DNA from: Octopus vulgaris | Lineage: Eukaryota | Assembly (NCBI GenBank): GCA_951406725.2 | Contig: OX597829.1 | Location: 55,800,001-55,864,000, forward strand | Direction: 5' to 3' | DNA: 64,000 bases | Shown: piece after piece, positions 13,512 to 27,370 of the stretch | How positions within the stretch are numbered: the first letter of the stretch is position 1 | How the letters are laid out: every line of letters begins with the position of its first letter | Translations under genes and position numbers: made by a program | The notes under the pieces: model-generated | Databases searched by the model: none | The model's input: the letters and a program-made list of their open reading frames with translations, nothing else | Told to the model about the DNA's origin: nothing

Positions 13512-14808
13512 ATCAATTATGTTTTTTTTAGGAGAAAATACTTTTTGCATTACTTATTTTGCGACGACGGCTTGCTATTTATTTAACGATTTGTCACATT
13601 ATCGACTTTAGCTTCAAAAGTGACTGTCATTACTGTTATATTACGTTCCGCTTAATGTTTTCCATGTTATTGTCGCCAGCTTTTGATAATTTTACAAGTA
13701 ACGAGCCAAAAATCACTGTTGTGTTTCAACAGATTGTTATAGGAGGTAAATTGCCATGTTGGAATTGTTCTGGATACAGAATATTAAAAGGATTTCATTC
13801 GTGAAGGTGCTTTAAAAGAAGTTAAAGGTATTTATGGCGACACCAGTTAACAATAGTTAACATAATTCTATAGACTAAAGTCCACTTTTGGCTTTTGGCA
13901 AGAGAAAATCTAATTAAAAATGCAACGTAAGATATGATATAATTACGATATATTATACCAGTAATTGAATGGTGACCACTTTCCTTCTTATATAAATAAC
14001 ATCCGGTAATCAAGTCCTTTGTATAATAGTTTATTAAGATCATTGCATATAAAAGTAAAAGAGTATCTAATAATTCTATTTGTTTATAACAGAAATCAAT
14101 GTTGGTTGGTAACGGATAACTTTTTGACGATTTTTATTGGGAATTAAGTTATAAAAATTTTAGAATATTTCATACTTCTTACATTTCTGTTATGCTACTG
14201 AAAAACAACTGAATTATAAATCAGTTTGTAACTTTATACAGTGAATTTCTATATCAATCGGATCTAGGAGTCAATATAACCAAGGAAGGAAGCAGAAACA
14301 AAGTAAATACTAATTTATTAGACAATATTGATGCAATCAATAATGGATTCGGTGCACATATAAACATGTGATAGTATTTGTGTAATAGAGTAGCTGTTAA
14401 TGAATAGTTTATAAATACTTCTATTTCTTGCTTCGTAACGTCTGGGAGATGGAAGATAAATTGATAAAGTGATATGTGAAATAGTTCCAAATTTAGGTTA
14501 TCAAATACTATGTATTATCGCAAATATATAGGGATAGAATGTTACTAGCATGGATTGCGGAACTGATAAGGGGTTAGTCGTATCATTGTACTGATATGAT
14601 ATTGGATGCATGATTGCATTTTATAGTTGAAATTTAACGGTGGTTAAGATGTATATTTCGCGTCCTGATATTAGTTTAATTAAATTATTGTTTTCATTCC
14701 TCATATCTCCTTCATAATCCAGCAGAGTATTGAAATGAGCCAAACAGGCATTCACTTGTAGTAGAAAAACATAGGCTAGAAGGCTATATATATATATATA
14801 TATATATA

Positions 14809-15530
14809 CAAGCATACCTCGGCTTAAGTTGTTTCGATTTAAGTCGCTCTCGATTATACGTCAGGTTTTAAAAATAATTTATGGAAAAATAGAAATTAAG
14901 TTATTTTACTCGACTTTACGTCTGTCCACCACAAATATTGGAATCTCAAACTCATTAGAAAACCATTAAAATCACATAAAATCATGTTACTGTACAATAA
15001 ATAAGAATAAAAGCATATAAAATCATATTAAAATATGTACAGTAAATGTTAAGATACATACCATAAAGTAGTGTAGCTTAGTGAACGAAATCACGAAATC
15101 AAGAAACCACCAAATTCTATGAATGTATTGGAAAGTTTAAAATGATTTAGTTTTTTTTACTATTGCAAAATAATAATGATTATTGAATTTGTTCTTAAGC
15201 TTACCATGTCTTACAGCAAACCGCACTCATAAATAAAGCGTCCACGATATAATGTAATCACCGCCAAATTGTATTTGTAAATCGAGATTACTTATTTTTA
15301 CTGTACTGTGTTAGAAAATTAAAGTTATTTGTTCGTAAGCCTAAAATAGGTTTTTATTAATCATGTATTATTGAAAATGCATTCATAAATAAAGTACAGA
15401 ACTGGGAATGGTTATTATCAGTTTAGCCTAGAGACAAGTAAATTCGGCCTAGCCTAGCGTAGAGACCAGTTAATTCGGCTTAAGTCGTGTCTCCTGGAAC
15501 CATTTAGCGATGTAAGGTGAGGTATGCCCA
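14809..15530. mobile_element. pogo/Tigger-like non-autonomous DNA transposon (MITE)
   Basis: Left end ta|caagcatacctcggcttaagt and right end tgtaaggtgaggtatgcc are inverted. Resembles the Tigger CAGGCATACCTCG terminus; inserted at (TA)n. Confidence 0.6.
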
Positions 15531-15853
15531 TGAAAGAGAGGTTTAAAAAGGCTAGAAACAGATGTTGCATTTTCACATCTACTCTCTGGTTCGAAATTAT
15601 TAAGAGGATTTTATGGCGGTAATTATAATAACATGGAATAATATTTTGAGAAAAGTTTCTGATTGCGATTAGCGATTAAATACTTGCGATTCCATCAGCC
15701 GATAGAATTTACGAATGTTCGGAGTTGTATTTGTTTCACTGTAATATACTGCGTGGAAGACTGAAAGCCTTTCTAATAATCCCCGCTAACTATATTAATT
15801 CGGAAATACTAAATTTCTAAATCTCTCGTAGAGACATGTACGGTGGTGGGGCG

Positions 15854-16117
15854 ATAGAATGGTTGTATACTGTCAATCTAACACGAACGTGACAGTAAGG
15901 GGGGTACACCACCGCTGTTTCAGGACAAACACATGTCCCTAGATGTAGCCCGTTCGGCCGGGGGTGTTTGTCTCCCCTTCGTAAATGTATATAAGGACAC
16001 AGGAAAAATGTGTCAAAGCCATCAGGAGGCGTCGATGCTTCCTAGGGCTAAACAGCGGTGGTGTACCCCCCCCTACTGTCACGTTCGTGTTAGATTGACA
16101 GTATACAACCATTCTAT
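15854..16117. mobile_element. MITE with ~67 bp near-perfect terminal inverted repeats
   Basis: 15854-15920 is the reverse complement of 16050-16117 apart from 1-2 differences around the G/C run. Confidence 0.85.
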
Positions 16118-16204
16118 GTTAATTCGAATACTCTGAAAAACCGGTGAACTGGGATTGTTTTCTGCTGACTGTAATATCCTATATATACGTCTGTGTGAGA
16201 GTGA

Positions 16205-16343
<139 letters not shown>

Positions 16344-16976
16344 CATACACACACGCACACACAGTGCCCTATTTATAGCACCGATATTAAAATTACTTAA
16401 AATCAAGGATTTTATACAATCTTTGCATTAGAGACTTTCATATATTGCTTCACTTGCGTTCTAAATACAAAAGGAATCTATTCATCTTGATTATCCTATC
16501 TAGTAACAGCTTTTTTTTTTTAAACTATTTTTTTTTCTTAATCTAGATAATATATTTTTCAAGATAATATATTTCTTGATAGTATATTACATTCTACACT
16601 TTTATGCATCTGTACTCATTACACATACTCACTAAAAGCTTACTACTGCTCAAAGATGATTTTTTTCTCCTGATAATTATATTTAATGCATGTTTGTATG
16701 CGTTTAAAATAACCACCGTCTTCATTCATATATACATATCAGTTTTTATATTTATTATTTGTAATTTTGTAAAATTTGTACTTAGACATTTTTTTTCTAA
16801 AAAAATTGATTTTAACCATTTTATTTTTAACTATAAACTCTTTTCCGTGAGCTGCTCATCTTATACTTTATAATTTCTATGGTTGTATTTAACCGCATTA
16901 AAAAAAATAAACCAAATAATACAAACCCTCATGAAGTGTAGACTAAAAAGTAAGATAATAATATTAATGCTGATGA

Positions 16977-17034
<58 letters not shown>

Positions 17035-17049
17035 GCTGCTGCTGTGCTG

Positions 17050-17087
<38 letters not shown>

Positions 17088-17143
17088 GCTGCTGCTGCTG
17101 TGCTACTACTACAACTACTACTACTACTACTACTACTTCTACA

Positions 17144-17226
<83 letters not shown>

Positions 17227-17266
17227 CATTATTATTATTATTATTATTATTAGTATTAGTATTATT
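16977..17266. repeat. Compound (TAC)n/(TGC)n/(TTA)n microsatellite
   Basis: Direct inspection. Confidence 0.97.
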
Positions 17267-17537
17267 ATGAAATGTACTTGCTTTTTCCATTATTATACTG
17301 TTTCTCTCCAACCTGAAGCAATAAGCAAAAAGATTCAAATGAAAATATATCTGTAATTCCAAAAAAAAAAAAGTGCCAAGAAAAATCTTTAAAACTTGAA
17401 AGAAAATCTATAGACAATTCAAGTAAACTGGAGATGTAATTAGAAAGACGAAAGAACAAGCAATTAAAAAAAAGATTGCAATCAACAATATTCCACAAAT
17501 GTGAAGTGAAAATATGTATTACAGGCGGATGGTGATA

Positions 17538-17571
<34 letters not shown>

Positions 17572-17731
17572 ATAGATTATGTATGCATGTATTCATCAGC
17601 TCAAGCAGACACCAACACAAAAGGCAAATGAACATACTCGCACATTTAGAGTACTCTGATTTTACAGTTTCATTTTAGAAACACACGCACACACGTACGC
17701 GCGTGCAACACACACACACGTGCGCGCGCGC

Positions 17732-17777
<46 letters not shown>

Positions 17778-18329
17778 CACACAAATAGGTCGACGGACAA
17801 ACCGAAAGATAGACAGATAGACATAGACACACCCTCGCACATTCATACAGATACACACAGACACATACGCTCCGACACACATATACACACACAAAACGTA
17901 TTATTTCTCTCTTACACCAAACATTCGCAAAAGGGATTATTTAGCGTTTCCGTCAAAATAAACACAGAATCTTAATCCTATAAGATTTAACTTCTAATTT
18001 CTAGAGCATTTTTGCACTTACTACTAACTATACACCTGGAATCTTAAGTCCCACAATTCAAATTTTGACATCAATCGGAGAATAATGTTTTGCCAAACTT
18101 GATACTCGTCCCAAACAAGTCGTGTCTACATTTCTTAATTTGCTTAAAAAGGATTCTTCATTCTCCCATTTCAATTAACATTCAAAACTAGAAATAATTT
18201 GTGTGCATAAGCGATTAGAACTTCTGTGTGTTACAAGTTTTTAGTAAATAAACGATTTGAAATTTGTCAGTAAGAGGGATTTCTGTGTCAGAACGATATT
18301 TTACGAAAGCAAAATTTCATCAATTAAAC

Positions 18330-18640
18330 CAGTGGTTCCCAAACATTTTCAGGCTGCCGCTCCCTTGACACCGAGGCCACATTCCTAGTACCTCCACCCC
18401 AACTAACCATCAGAAACATAGACCTCTTCCTGAAGCAAATTCAAAGCAAACGTATTTCACAAGCAAAACTTAACCTAATAAACCCTTTATTTTGTTGTTT
18501 TTACATGAATCGCTGCCCCCATTATTGCCCCACTTTTTACATGTATCACTAACGCATTATCGCCCCACTTTTCTTCAACGCCGCCTTGGAATTCCCCACT
18601 GCCCCCAGGGGAGCAATACCGCCCGCTTTGGGAACCGCTG
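18330..18640. mobile_element. hAT (Charlie-like) non-autonomous element
   Basis: TIRs CAGTGGTTCCCAAA ... TTTGGGAACCGCTG; 8-bp TSD aattaaac / aactaaac (7/8). Confidence 0.88.
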
Positions 18641-18899
18641 AACTAAACGCTTTTTCTTATACTGTTACCTCGCGCTAGATAACTAATTTCTTTCTACTCA
18701 GATGTTTTCAGATTACTTAAGCACATCACATTTCTATTAACTTCTTCAAGCAGTTAGTTTAGGTCACCTACTTGATTTACATCTAAATATCGCCAATAAT
18801 TTTTTTTCTTTTCTTAACCTTTGTACTTTTAAAATCTAGTCTTTCACTGTTTCTCGATCTCCCACGGACAACTGTTAACTTACATTATAAACGCAACAC

Positions 18900-19947
18900 T
18901 TTAACAATAGTTCATCATAAGTATTTGGATGGTTTAAGGGCCGAAAATATTGTAAATCTATCCTTCGTCAGATTCAGTCCGATGAAGACTAGCAAAGCGA
19001 ACATCGAAGAAGAATATGTGTGTATGGTACAAGACTGTTTTGAGCATCGCTACTACTCACATATTTCGTCTTTTGGACATCCAGAAAAGAGGACAACAAG
19101 GGCTTTTGAGAAGCGAGTCTGAAAAGAAACAGAAAAGGGGATACTATAAAGCATCAAGTGGAAAATTCTTGTTAGGTCCATGAAGGGAACAAAGAGATGT
19201 GTTCTTTGCCTAACTGAGAATTTCCAGTATTTTATACTCCCTAGTATTTTATATATATAGTCTACCGTCTTAGGGGTACCTTAGATTTCAAAATCCATAT
19301 TTGTAAACAATTATTTAATACCTGCGTTTCTTATTGGATTTCTCATCATGGTTGTGTTACTTTCAGATTACGTGATTCAAAAGGGTCGGAGTTGATATTG
19401 TGACATTTTGGTTAAAAATATATTTGGATATTTTAATCCATGATATCTATATGAACAAGAGTGAGATCTTCGGAGGATGCTTGCACATCAAGTTCAAGCT
19501 CCTATCTGCAGGAAAATATGGAAGAATAAATAAAATTTTACTCGCATACACACATATATATATATCAGCCTATATCCATGACATTCTAGAAATGAAATAT
19601 AACAACGATAACACACTGACGCCCATACAAAGGACACACACTAACTGCACAAGCGCGTACGCACACAGCATAAACAGACAAGCATAGGACAACGAACCAA
19701 GCCATCAATATTTTAATAAGAGTTTTTTTTTAAACCAAAATGTCACATTATCAACTCTGACCCTTTTGAATCACGTAATCTGAAAGTAACACAACCATGA
19801 TGAGAAATCCAATAAGAAACGCAGGTATTAAATAATTGTTTACAAATATGGATTTTGAAATCTAAGGTACCCCTAAGACTAGGGAGTATAACTCCAAACT
19901 TACAGGGAAAATTTCAATTTAGTATTAAATCAAATTTCACAATATAA

Positions 19948-19950
<3 letters not shown>
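18900..19950 (+). mobile_element. Penelope-like element 3' end (GIY-YIG endonuclease remnant) with inverted tail duplication
   Basis: ENIV...EEYVCMVQDCFEHRYYSHISSFGHPEKR...IKWKIL...RCVLCLTE, then MNKSEIFGGCLH after the inverted block, resembles a PLE GIY-YIG C-terminus. 19267-19414 is inverted relative to 19733-19879. Confidence 0.7.
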
Positions 19951-20026
<76 letters not shown>

Positions 20027-20464
20027 GTATGTATGTATATATATATATGTATGTATGTATATATGTATGTATACACACACACACACACACATACATATAT
20101 GATTCACAATCAAGGTGCAGAAATGGCGTATTCCGGATTAAAGAGGTAACGTAATCCGATGGTAGAAAAAATTCCGCGAATTAGGTGCTGCAAAGTCAGT
20201 CGGAAGGCTGGATGTCCGTGTGAGCGTGCGCTAAATAGCAGATACCCCACCCACACTCACACACACAAAACACAAAAAACGAGGAACAGACACAAGAAAA
20301 ACAACGCGTCTGCTAATACTTTGCATGTACCATGTCCTCGCGTTGTTGTTTTTTATTTGTGTTTTTTCCTCGTTTTTCATATATATATATTGGTAAAAAC
20401 GGTGAGATAACAAAAGAATGAAAGAGACCTCAATGTTATGTAAATAGAGAAAATTTATCTATAC

Positions 20465-20618
20465 AATAATATGTTACATTACTCAATAGTCAAGATAAAA
20501 CTCTGAGTTTCAGATGCCGAAGTGGAAATCCACAACACCATCTCTTCGGTTATGTGGATTTCCACTTCGGCATCTGAAACTCAGAGTTTTATCTTGACTA
20601 TTGAGTAATGTAACATAT

Positions 20619-20622
<4 letters not shown>
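20465..20622. repeat. Perfect palindrome, 70 bp arms, 18 bp spacer
   Basis: 20465-20534 equals the reverse complement of 20553-20622. Confidence 0.95.
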
Positions 20623-20658
<36 letters not shown>

Positions 20659-21952
20659 CAGGATGAGGTAAATAAATTGTTGCTAAATTACACAAAAAGG
20701 AAAATAACACTGACGTCTCATTTTAACAGATATAATTTACCAAAATTACACAAAAATATCTTGAAATATTAAAGAGTAAATTTCTTCAATAAAATCGCCA
20801 TTGACTTCAACCACGGCCTCCCATCGATTTCAAAATCTCCTGCAACTCTCTCTTCGGGATGGTCTTCTTTAAGTTGTTGAATGCTGCCATAATCCTTGCC
20901 TGGTGTTACAAGGAGTTTTGTTGGTCTCTTGCTCAACTGCGTCCCACACATAATAATCAAGGGGGTTGCATTCTGTAGAGTTAAGTGGCCAGATGTTAGG
21001 GGTGGTGTGGTGGCAAAAATTGTCTGACAGCCATGATTGGGTTCTCCTGCCTCTGTAGCATGGTGCAGAGTCCTGTTGCCTGACATAGGGTCTTCCGGCA
21101 GCTACCCTCTTGACTCAGGGCAGCACTACCTCCTCCAGGCATTTGATGTAGGCCATCGTGTTAAGTGTGAGGCCGTGTGGGAAGATGAATGGAGGCATAA
21201 CGTCGCCATCACTAGTGATTAATCCAAACCCCATGATGTTGACTGGATGTTTGATTTTTATCACTCTCAGTATATGTTTTGGGGACAAGGCAAACCAACA
21301 GTTGTTCTCTATGTTCACCATCTGATCCTAGCAGAAATTTTTCTCGTCTGAGAATGACCAAAGCATGTTCGGTTGGAGGGGATGCTTGAATTTGTTCAAA
21401 AGCCTTGTAGCACAGTCTTTCCTCTTGTCTTTGATGGCCTGGGATAAAAATTGGCCCTATCTTATCTTGTATGAGGAATACCGAATGTCTTTATGCAGTA
21501 CTTGCCTGATAAGAAACTCAGACACTCCCATGTCTCTTGGTGATGGACCTGATTGACTTGGAGGGGTCGTTGTCAGTCATGGCCTGGATCTCACCAACAA
21601 ATTCAGGAGTTTTCTTTTTTTATCAGAACGATCAGAGTGAGTTTTCCGAGCAGCTGCTCCTTCGTAATCACCATTAGACTCATTTAACTCTTTCCCTATC
21701 CTCTTTACTGTCCTCAGATTGACACCCATACACTCTGAAATGTTCGTATTCGAGCTTTCGGTGTGAATGCCAAGCAGTACAGCATGTCATTTCTAAATTT
21801 CTGGCAGAGTGAATTGCGTCACAGTATTGTTTTTCTCACAGACTGTGCCCAACTGACCCTACTGTACTATGTAGTCGACAAAATCAAAAACAAACAATGC
21901 GCATGTGCGAAATTAAATAATATAAAATGGCGACAATTTCCCCATCGCACGC

Positions 21953-21954
<2 letters not shown>
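20659..21954 (-). mobile_element. Near full-length decayed Tc1/mariner transposon, DD37D (maT-like)
   Basis: FSDEKNF..DQMVN...KHPVNIMGFGLITSDGDVMPPFIF...QQDSAPC...WPLNSTECNPLDYYVW, with 37 residues between the 2nd and 3rd Asp. Degenerate TIRs caggatgaggtaaataaattgttgc / gcgacaatttccccatcgcacgctg. Flanked by (TA)n; stops and frameshifts present. Confidence 0.92.
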
Positions 21955-22009
<55 letters not shown>

Positions 22010-22210
22010 TGTGTATATAATACTTATATAATATATATATATATGCATATACATAGGTATCTCTGTCTATTTATCTATCTATCTATCTATCTATAACTAC
22101 GAGTAACAGGTTTTGTTGAATTTCTTCTGCTTTTAAATAAAGCATATTACACTACCTCTGGTATTGAGTACTCTTTTTTCCACCTTGTTTCACATTTATG
22201 TGTTTACTCC

Positions 22211-22283
<73 letters not shown>

Positions 22284-22314
22284 ATGTATGTGTGTATACA
22301 CATATATATTTTTC

Positions 22315-22490
22315 AGTTTGTCAGTTTGTCCTTTATCCACCGCTTGAGAATCGGTTTGTTTACATCTGCATAACCTAGCGATGTAGCGAAAGAGACCGAC
22401 AGAATAAGTGTCAGACTTAAAACAATTGATTACTGAGGGCTATTTGTTCGACTAAATCTTTCGAGGCGGCCAGCATTGCCGCAACCGAAT
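22315..22490 (+). mobile_element. SINE family B, 3' part
   Basis: gtttacatc..taac.tagcg..g..aaagagaccga.agaataagt...gttcgactaaa matches the family B 3' half. Confidence 0.7.
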
Positions 22491-22536
22491 AATAAACATG
22501 CAAACGATAGATATAGGTATACATGTTTGTATACAT

Positions 22537-22816
<280 letters not shown>

Positions 22817-22937
22817 AGATATATATGTATATATAGATATAGATACAGATATACATATGTCTGTATATGTATTTATGTATGTGTGTGAGTATGTGTGTTT
22901 GTGTGTGTGTGTGTGTGTATTATACATACATACATAG

Positions 22938-22984
<47 letters not shown>

Positions 22985-23248
22985 TATATCGATAGACAGA
23001 TGCATATATATATATATGGATAAATAGATTGATATATTAACAAACATACATACATATATGCATACGCACATGCATACATACACACATACATACATACATA
23101 CATACACACATACATACATATATAAATACATACATACAGATGTGTAGGGAGATATGTATGTCTACATACATACATACACCATTGAAGCAACCAGTTTTAG
23201 TCAATACGCTTTCGACATGCGTACTCATTTAATACACGAAAACTGGCG

Positions 23249-23281
<33 letters not shown>

Positions 23282-23864
23282 CTACCTTCATACAGGTAGT
23301 CCCATAATTAGCTGCGCACGCGCACACACACGCACACACATACACACATTATTTACCGATAAATAGTTTATCGTCTGTTATTACTGTTGTCATGTCAGCG
23401 AGTCAACGTTACTCTAGTAAACATTTTATACAAACGTTAAGCAATAGAACAATATGGAACAACCAGCATGCAATATCCGATGCTTTTGATATATTATGCA
23501 ACAGTTCGGCTTACTGCGTCGTGATACTTGGTATCCATCAGTAAATTAGTCACCTTGATATTTCCCGAATGCTCTGGACAAGCCTAACTGGCCTGTTATT
23601 TCTACCTGTGAGTGTATGGGGGGGGGGGGGGGTCGCGCTATCGTTTCTTCGTTGTGTTTTTTTTTTTATATTTTAGTTTTAGAAATATTACATCCATTTT
23701 AGTTATTTGTGTTGTTGCTGTTGTTGTTGTTGTTGTTATGCTTCAGTAGTTAACACATTCAATGTCTAAGGAAATTGTACCCCTCCCCCCATCCCCATCA
23801 TTTTTAAGTATCACTTTGTTTCTACTGACTACAACATTTTAAGACTTTGCTGCCGAAACAGAAA

Positions 23865-23997
<133 letters not shown>

Positions 23998-24481
23998 GTC
24001 TTATGTACATTGTTTTGTCTGGGCATAAAAGATGGGCAACAGCAAATATTCTGCTCAATACCACAGATTTGCTTGTCAGTTGTTTGACCTTAACCAGTTG
24101 AGCATGTCCCTTAGTGGCTGACGATATGTGCATCTCTGATCACGAGCAGAAGTAGTGGGGGAGCATCATAGCCGTGTGTTGAGAGGGATTCTTTGGGGTT
24201 TGAATAATTCACATGGGTGTTTCGTTCAACATCCTTAAACAACCCTTATTCAGGGACCTTTCGAGTGGGATGGGTTACTCGACCTGAAGAAAATTCTAAC
24301 TGGGCCCCACCTGCAAGGTCATGTGCTGTTTATTTTGATATGAGATCACCATGTCGCGCACATATGGTTGTGATGCATGTGCCTAGTGTACCCTTATCAG
24401 ACGGGTAGTCATGATGGGTATACTGGGCTTCGTACATTTTACCCCAGTGTCACTTTGATGGCATGCACTGCTCTCTCACTC
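23998..24481 (+). mobile_element. Non-coding retroposon bounded by (TAA)n, copy 1
   Basis: Both flanks are (TAA)n; ends ...gcactgctctctcactc|aataat; second inverted copy at 25398-25715. Confidence 0.8.
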
Positions 24482-24732
24482 AATAATAATAATAATAATA
24501 ATAATATTAATAGTAATACAATTATTGGGGTTTTTCCATGAGCAGGCTCGAACGTGTCCTTCCTATTGAGGATTAGACACTGTTGATTTCTTTTTTTAAA
24601 TTTTGCTAGTCTTGTTTACACGCAAAAACCTCACAACACACACATACACATACTCTGTTTTATCCTGTACTATCCATAAAGTTTTTCTCACTATAAACAT
24701 TTTGCAGTTAATAAAGAAATCATCATTATTAT

Positions 24733-25347
24733 TCCTTCTTAACGCAGTGTAGGTAGAAATGCACCGGAGTCTTTATTCATCTGTCAAGTCACAACAAAGA
24801 CCTCAGACAGATAATACTTTCCTTAAGATATGCGCTGTACTTAGTAAGGCTGCTTTTTGCAAGACATCAATCCTGCATGGGATTTCCAGTTGCCTTAAAA
24901 ACTCTTGAAGTTTCAATGGGATTGAACCCAGCGCTCCGATCACCACTGGTATCATTTTTACCTTACCCTCTCGCATTCCATGCAGTCTTGCCATTTCCCT
25001 TTCAATCCGGAGTTCTTGGTGATTTTTTTTCAACCTCTTTACTCACAACATTCATGTCATTTGGTATGGTTACATCACTGATCTGACAGTATTTGTCTCT
25101 CTTATTCAATATGACAATATCCAACCGACGATGTTCGATTACACGATCCGTCTGAAAATCATAGTCCCAGAGTATCGTTACTTAGCCATCCTCCAGCATA
25201 ACTTTACTTGGCACATGCTCATGCCAGTTCTCTGTTACATCATATTGGTATTTACGGCATAAGAGCCAATGAAGATACACACTTTATTGTGGCGGCGCTT
25301 GTATTCTTTTTGTGCAAGGCTCTCACATCCACTTACCGAGGGGGTCA

Positions 25348-25349
<2 letters not shown>
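24733..25349 (-). mobile_element. 5'-truncated R4/Dong-like retrotransposon (RLE), decayed
   Basis: VSGCESLAQKEYKRRHNKV..LHW..WHEHVP..TILWDYDFQTDRVIEHRRLDIV..IPVVIGALG..LQKAALLSTAHILRKVLSV*, with frameshifts and a stop; flanked by (TTA)n on +. Confidence 0.92.
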
Positions 25350-25397
<48 letters not shown>

Positions 25398-25417
<20 letters not shown>

Positions 25418-25713
25418 GAGTGAGAGAGCAGTGCATGCCATCAAAGTGACACTGGGGTAAAATATACGAAGCCCGGTATACCCATCATGACTACCCGTCT
25501 GATAAGGGTACACTAGGCACATGCATCACAACCATATATGCGCAACATGGTGATCTCATATCAAGATAAATAACGCATGAACTTGCAGGTAGCCCATCTT
25601 TTATACCAGGACAAAACAATGTACATGATAACACTTCCAATCATTTAAGATGAGAAGCCATTGAAGCCACTGCGTGTTACTGCATCAGGGCATTTATGGT
25701 ACTGCATCAAGGC

Positions 25714-25715
<2 letters not shown>
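25398..25715 (-). mobile_element. Non-coding retroposon bounded by (TTA)n, copy 2 (internally deleted)
   Basis: Reverse complement of ~24310-24481 and of the 5' part of copy 1; lacks ~270 bp of the middle. Confidence 0.8.
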
Positions 25716-26119
<404 letters not shown>

Positions 26120-26121
<2 letters not shown>

Positions 26122-26260
26122 GGTGGTGAGCTGGCAGAATCGTTAGCATGCCAGATGAAATGCTTAGTGGTATTTCATCTGTTTTTACATTGAGTTCAAA
26201 TTACGCTGAGGTCGACTTTGCCTTTCATCCTTTCGGGATCGACATATAAAGTAATCATTC
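26120..26260 (+). mobile_element. SINE family A, 3'-truncated
   Basis: aaggtggtgagctggcagaatcgttagc...gagttcaaatt..gaggtcgactttgcctttcatcc. Confidence 0.85.
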
Positions 26261-26349
26261 ACTGATATTGTAGAAGCTTTCTGAGCTGTAAAAAAATGCC
26301 CGGTATACACAAATAAAACAATGTCAAATCAAAATTGCCACTTGTTTTA

Positions 26350-26660
26350 GCGTAGGTGATTGGATAGAGATGCAGAATATGTGGCCCGGGTTATATGATA
26401 TATATAGTTGGCTTGATAGTGAGTTCGATTCCCGGACCGGGCTGTGTTGAATTCTTGAACAAGCTGTAGAAATGACTTGCGATGCCACTGGTGCCAAGCT
26501 GTATCAGCCCTTTTACCTTTCCCTTGGATAACATCGGTGACGTGGAGAGCGGTAAGACGGGGGACTTGTATGCATGGGCGACTGTCGGTCTTCCACAAAC
26601 AGCTTTGCCCGGACTGGTGCCTCGAAGGGGAACTTTCTAGCTGAACTTCCCATGGTCACT
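26350..26660 (+). mobile_element. Probable SINE of a third family
   Basis: B-box-like gagttcgattcccggaccggg followed by a GC-richer body; related degenerate head at ~40740-40800. Confidence 0.45.
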
Positions 26661-26817
26661 GCCCTATGGTGTCGAATATCGACAACACAATATAATGTAT
26701 CATGCTATTTCAATGGCTGCTGATTGTTTAGAACATGTGTTGGTATGTGTTGTACTACATTGTTTGGTATTGATACTGCAGAGCATGTTATTGTTTGGCT
26801 ATTATATAGGGTACGTC

Positions 26818-27045
26818 AAGGCGGTGAGCTGGCAGAATCGTTAGCACACTGGGCAAAACGTTTAGCAGTATTTCGTTCGTTTTTACATTCTGAGTTCAAA
26901 TTCCACCGAGATCGACTTTATCTTTCATCCTCTCGGGGTCAACGAAATAAGTACTAGTTGATCACTTAGGTCGATATAATCGACTTATCGCCCCCCCTCC
27001 CCCGATATTACTGGCCTTGTGCTAAAACTTTTAAAATCATTATAT
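26818..27045 (+). mobile_element. SINE family A
   Basis: Full head and body matching 3211-3670. Confidence 0.85.
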
Positions 27046-27294
27046 TGGGACTGTGAGGAGTATGTAGAGAATGACTGAACTGAAAACAGGAATTGGGCAA
27101 TGCCCAGAAGAGTGATTATGTGAACCGTTTGTAAAGATGTAAATTCTAATATGTATCTTTGTAGTTTTATACTGATCTTTCCTAATGCTGCAATGATTAT
27201 TCTTATTTTTTATTTTGATCGTGTCAATTTGAAATAATCTGAGTGTCTGTTATGTCTATGTTTAAGTACCTCCTCAGCAGAATCAACTCTCCAG

Positions 27295-27295
<1 letters not shown>

Positions 27296-27370
<75 letters not shown>
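27296..27370. repeat. (TAA)n array, 5' flank of the Dong-like element
   Basis: Direct inspection. Confidence 0.98.

Noticed and set aside
13800-14780. Minus-strand hydrophobic frames vaguely resembling a ligand-gated channel, chemotactile receptor or GPCR
   Set aside because: No Cys-loop or diagnostic motifs, wrong spacing and many stops; AT-rich DNA yields such peptides by chance.
16883-17362. Poly-L/Y/T/S ORFs (also 25645-26149, 29899-30256, 50139-50439)
   Set aside because: Microsatellite translations.
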